Of a stretch of DNA of 64,000 bases, positions 61,067-64,000 are shown one piece after another. Origin of the DNA: Phoronis australis (lineage: Eukaryota > Animalia > Phoronida). Within the stretch, counting starts at the first letter, position 1. Each line of letters starts with the position of its first letter. Under the pieces are notes generated by a model. That model was not told the DNA's origin, ran no database searches, and worked only from the letters and a program-made list of their open reading frames with translations. Position numbers and translations under genes: made by a program. The stretch covers positions 62,001-126,000 of the forward strand of contig NMRA01000139.1 in the NCBI GenBank assembly GCA_002633005.1, read 5' to 3'.

Positions 61067-63734
61067 CCGTTGGAAGCACGTGGGTGCTGGTCACTCTGTG
61101 ACTCTTCCCTCATTTTCGGTGTAGCAGAACATGAGTAGTTCTGTTGGAGCTACACATGAGCAGCCATGCAGAAATTTGTTGATGTGTGCAAAACCAGTGT
61201 TTTTAAAAGTCTTATCAAAGACCTGGAGTTATACTGCAGTTAAAGAAAAAATCGTGACGAGAATTTGTTTGCTGTTGGTGATTTTGGCAAAAACTGGCTG
61301 CAAGATAATCCTGTGTGAAGACTTAGGATTATTTGAGTTGGAGAGGACTGAGTAATAAGTTTTTAAGAATATTTTCTCCAAACTATCGCCAATTTTAGAG
61401 AAAATGAGACTTTTACTGTTTTACACGTGAATTTTCATTAGTTGAATGATGGCAGGTTCTCTGCTTACATCGAATGGTGCCCTAGTAATTATCTTAGACT
61501 AGTTCAACGTCCTCATCACTGCTTCGTATTTTGTCAAAAAAATGAATGTGGTCACGGTGCCCAGGCGCAGCCTAACTACAAGCTGATCAAAGGCATTGTG
61601 TTTGGCCATCTGGTCAGTCACCATAACAACGCTGTACTGGAGAATGGTGGGTCTTGTTGTGAATGTATCACTGTTATTCCTCGCCCGTTTAGTTCGCAAT
61701 ATGGCCGACAAGTGAAATTCTATTTTGCCAAATTTCTCCACAAAAATGAAGATTAAGAAAATCTTAATATATTAAACACCTCAACAGAAGTTTGAAAATT
61801 TGTGTTCACTCGTCTGTGTTTTCATGACTTTCGTTTATCTAAATCATGTTGCATACCAATAGACAGCTCAGTCATTCCCCTTTCCAACAATACCACATTT
61901 TGTTAATAAATTGTTGATATGCTCAGTAACTTTGCTGCCAAAGAGGGCTTGGTCTCAAAGTGAATGGTTCACAAATTTCCCTGTTTTTTTTTCCAAGCAC
62001 CTGTGATGTGCTGGTGAGGCTCAGTAGTATGCAAATTGTGTTTGACGAGATTTGTTCGAATTAAGTGGAGAGTTACCATACTGTCTGTTGTGCTGGTGAC
62101 TGGTTTTTTGAACATTTTTGGGCCTCGGTATTTCGCAATGTATTCAGAGACTTTTACTGATGATATGTAGGTTATCACGTTTGAAGTATGATCTAGCTGT
62201 GTGTCTCTACGCGGTTATGGAGCACCAGACAATTCTTTTCTGAAGCCGAATATCACTTGGTAACTGTACAGACTAGCATGGCTGCCATTGACAAAGACAT
62301 TGCTGAAAAAGACAAGACTGCAAAAAGGAAATGTTCAAGCATATTATTCTGTAATTATATTATGTTCTAGTATTTTCCTATGCAAAAATGTAAGAATCAA
62401 TGGTTATTGCAGAAATTGAATTTTAGGTGCATCAGGTTAACGTAAGTACCTAGTCATGAAATTTACTAGAAAACTGAACTGGTCTCAGTTTTATTTGGCA
62501 ATTTGAACACAGTGGCCATTTTGTAGAAATATCTGCAAAATTATTTAATGAATTGCCTGTAAGAAGTCTACGTTTTGGATGTCATTGTAGCTCTAGTTTG
62601 GTGGTGATGCTGTCTTGAAGACCTAATGGCTATGCATGGTGAATTAGGTCAGGTCATAGACATTAACTTCAAACTGGCATAAATCAATTTTGTTGTTAGT
62701 GAATCTTCTTGTTAAACAATCAGTGAACTCGGTCTGTCCTTGGTGTCTTCTACAGTGAGGAGGGCTGACTCTGTGTTAATAAACAAAGTAAGGGTTGGAC
62801 ACCAACACATGAGGAATATAGTGTTTTTAAAGATAGTACATGGAATATATTTTTGTACTGTTACTAGTTTGGCGGAAGGTTCTGTCTGTTTGCAAAATTG
62901 TAGAAATTCTACAAATTTTGTTCATCACTCATTTCAAGGAGTTGTTCCCCCCTAAGTTCAGGTTTCTGGGTTCAGCCTGGGTCGCATAATTGTTGATTGT
63001 GACAGACAAAATGTGCTTACACATTTTTTGATATTATTTATCATACATCTTTGCAAAATAAGATAAAATGAACTAACTCAGCTGGAACAAAAAATTTTGA
63101 ATCGCTTGTCTGAAGACTTAAGACAGAAATTTAGGACTTGCATTCGCCCTTCACAATTTCTGAAGAAAGATTTAGTACAGTAATTACGAGCACATTACGG
63201 TGTAGAGATATTTAGAAATTATCTCAGTGGCAAGCAGTTTTTTGATTATTCTTAGGGAGTGAACATTTGCTCAAGTGAGTTTTACTTAGTTTTCACAAAG
63301 TGTGTGAAGAGCGAAACCAAGTTTTTTCTTAAATCTAAAGTCACTTATTGTGAAACAGGTCCTTGGAGTGATTGATAAATAGTCCTTGTACATATGCTGT
63401 TGAAAACTTCCCATTGCTTTGAGAATCGTGTTGACTAACAAAGCAGTATCAATAACTGTTCATAATTTTCATTGCCTAATGCTTTTAAATCAGCCTTAAC
63501 ATTGACTCTACATCTTGGTAACATCCAAAAGGTGTCACTTTTAGCAGGTTTGATTTATTGCAGATGTCCTAGAAGTCATTAGTTGTGTTAAATTGGGTCA
63601 TTTTTGCTTGTTTGTTGGATTCAATTTCCTCGAAATGGTCGATGTGTTGGTATTGCTTGGAAGTGCTATTTTGTATTTATACTGTAAGTGATGTCCAATA
63701 AGGCATTCTGTTACACCATTGTTTTATGCAATTG

Positions 63735-63740
63735 AATAAA
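63735..63740 (+). terminator. candidate IPO11 polyadenylation signal (alternative AATAAA near 61905)
   Basis: AATAAA followed by a T-rich downstream element, after ~2.7 kb of AT-rich non-coding sequence following the stop codon. Confidence 0.45.
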
Positions 63741-64000
63741 TTATATATTTTCATTTTTATTTTATGGGGCAAAAATCTCAAACATTTAAAGGGATATTAT
63801 AGGCAAGAAAAGTGATTTTCTGAGGTCAGCCCCCAGGCGGAATCAACCTGCAACCCGTGGGGTCGCTGCCCAAAGCTCTGATGGCAAAGTTAAGCCCCAC
63901 TGGGTGACCGACTATATTTTAAGCATTATTAACAGGTAAAGTCACTGGTCTCCATTCAGTAAGTGTCTGGTAGATAACAACGAGAATCTTCGATTTGTAG

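Noticed and set aside
61064-61138. Stop-codon readthrough of IPO11 (TGA-C, then 23 open codons)
   Set aside because: The context is not TGA-CTAG, the extension has no recognisable motif, and the protein length already matches importin-11.

Overview
Intron-rich invertebrate (metazoan) nuclear DNA. The ORF track is mostly noise, so genes were rebuilt by hand from splice sites and reading-frame phase. Three protein-coding genes were found. (1) An uncharacterised ~525-aa gene (+, 4246-11280) with a single PAH (Sin3-like) domain, a long S/T/P/N-rich tail and a basic C-terminal NLS. (2) The zinc transporter SLC30A5/ZnT5 (-, 25568-11906; 16 coding exons, 762 aa). (3) Importin-11, IPO11 (+, 37628-61066; 25 coding exons, 972 aa). 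SLC30A5 and IPO11 appear to be head-to-head around a short shared promoter (~26630-26960), and each has one minor-spliceosome (U12-type) intron: GT-AG in SLC30A5, AT-AC in IPO11. The most striking signal is a ~100-nt box C/D guide RNA in an IPO11 intron (49002-49109). Its D' guide is a perfect 13-nt complement of the U12 snRNA branch-point-recognition region, predicting 2'-O-methylation of U12 G18, so a minor-intron gene may host a modifier of the minor spliceosome. Mobile DNA includes a Polinton/Maverick ATPase relic, LINE fragments, a Merlin/ISXO2 pseudogene, a TTAA-flanked Sola3-like transposon with a spliced transposase, hAT-like elements with 6-bp TSDs, MITEs, tRNA-derived SINEs and a Penelope-type minimal hammerhead ribozyme.
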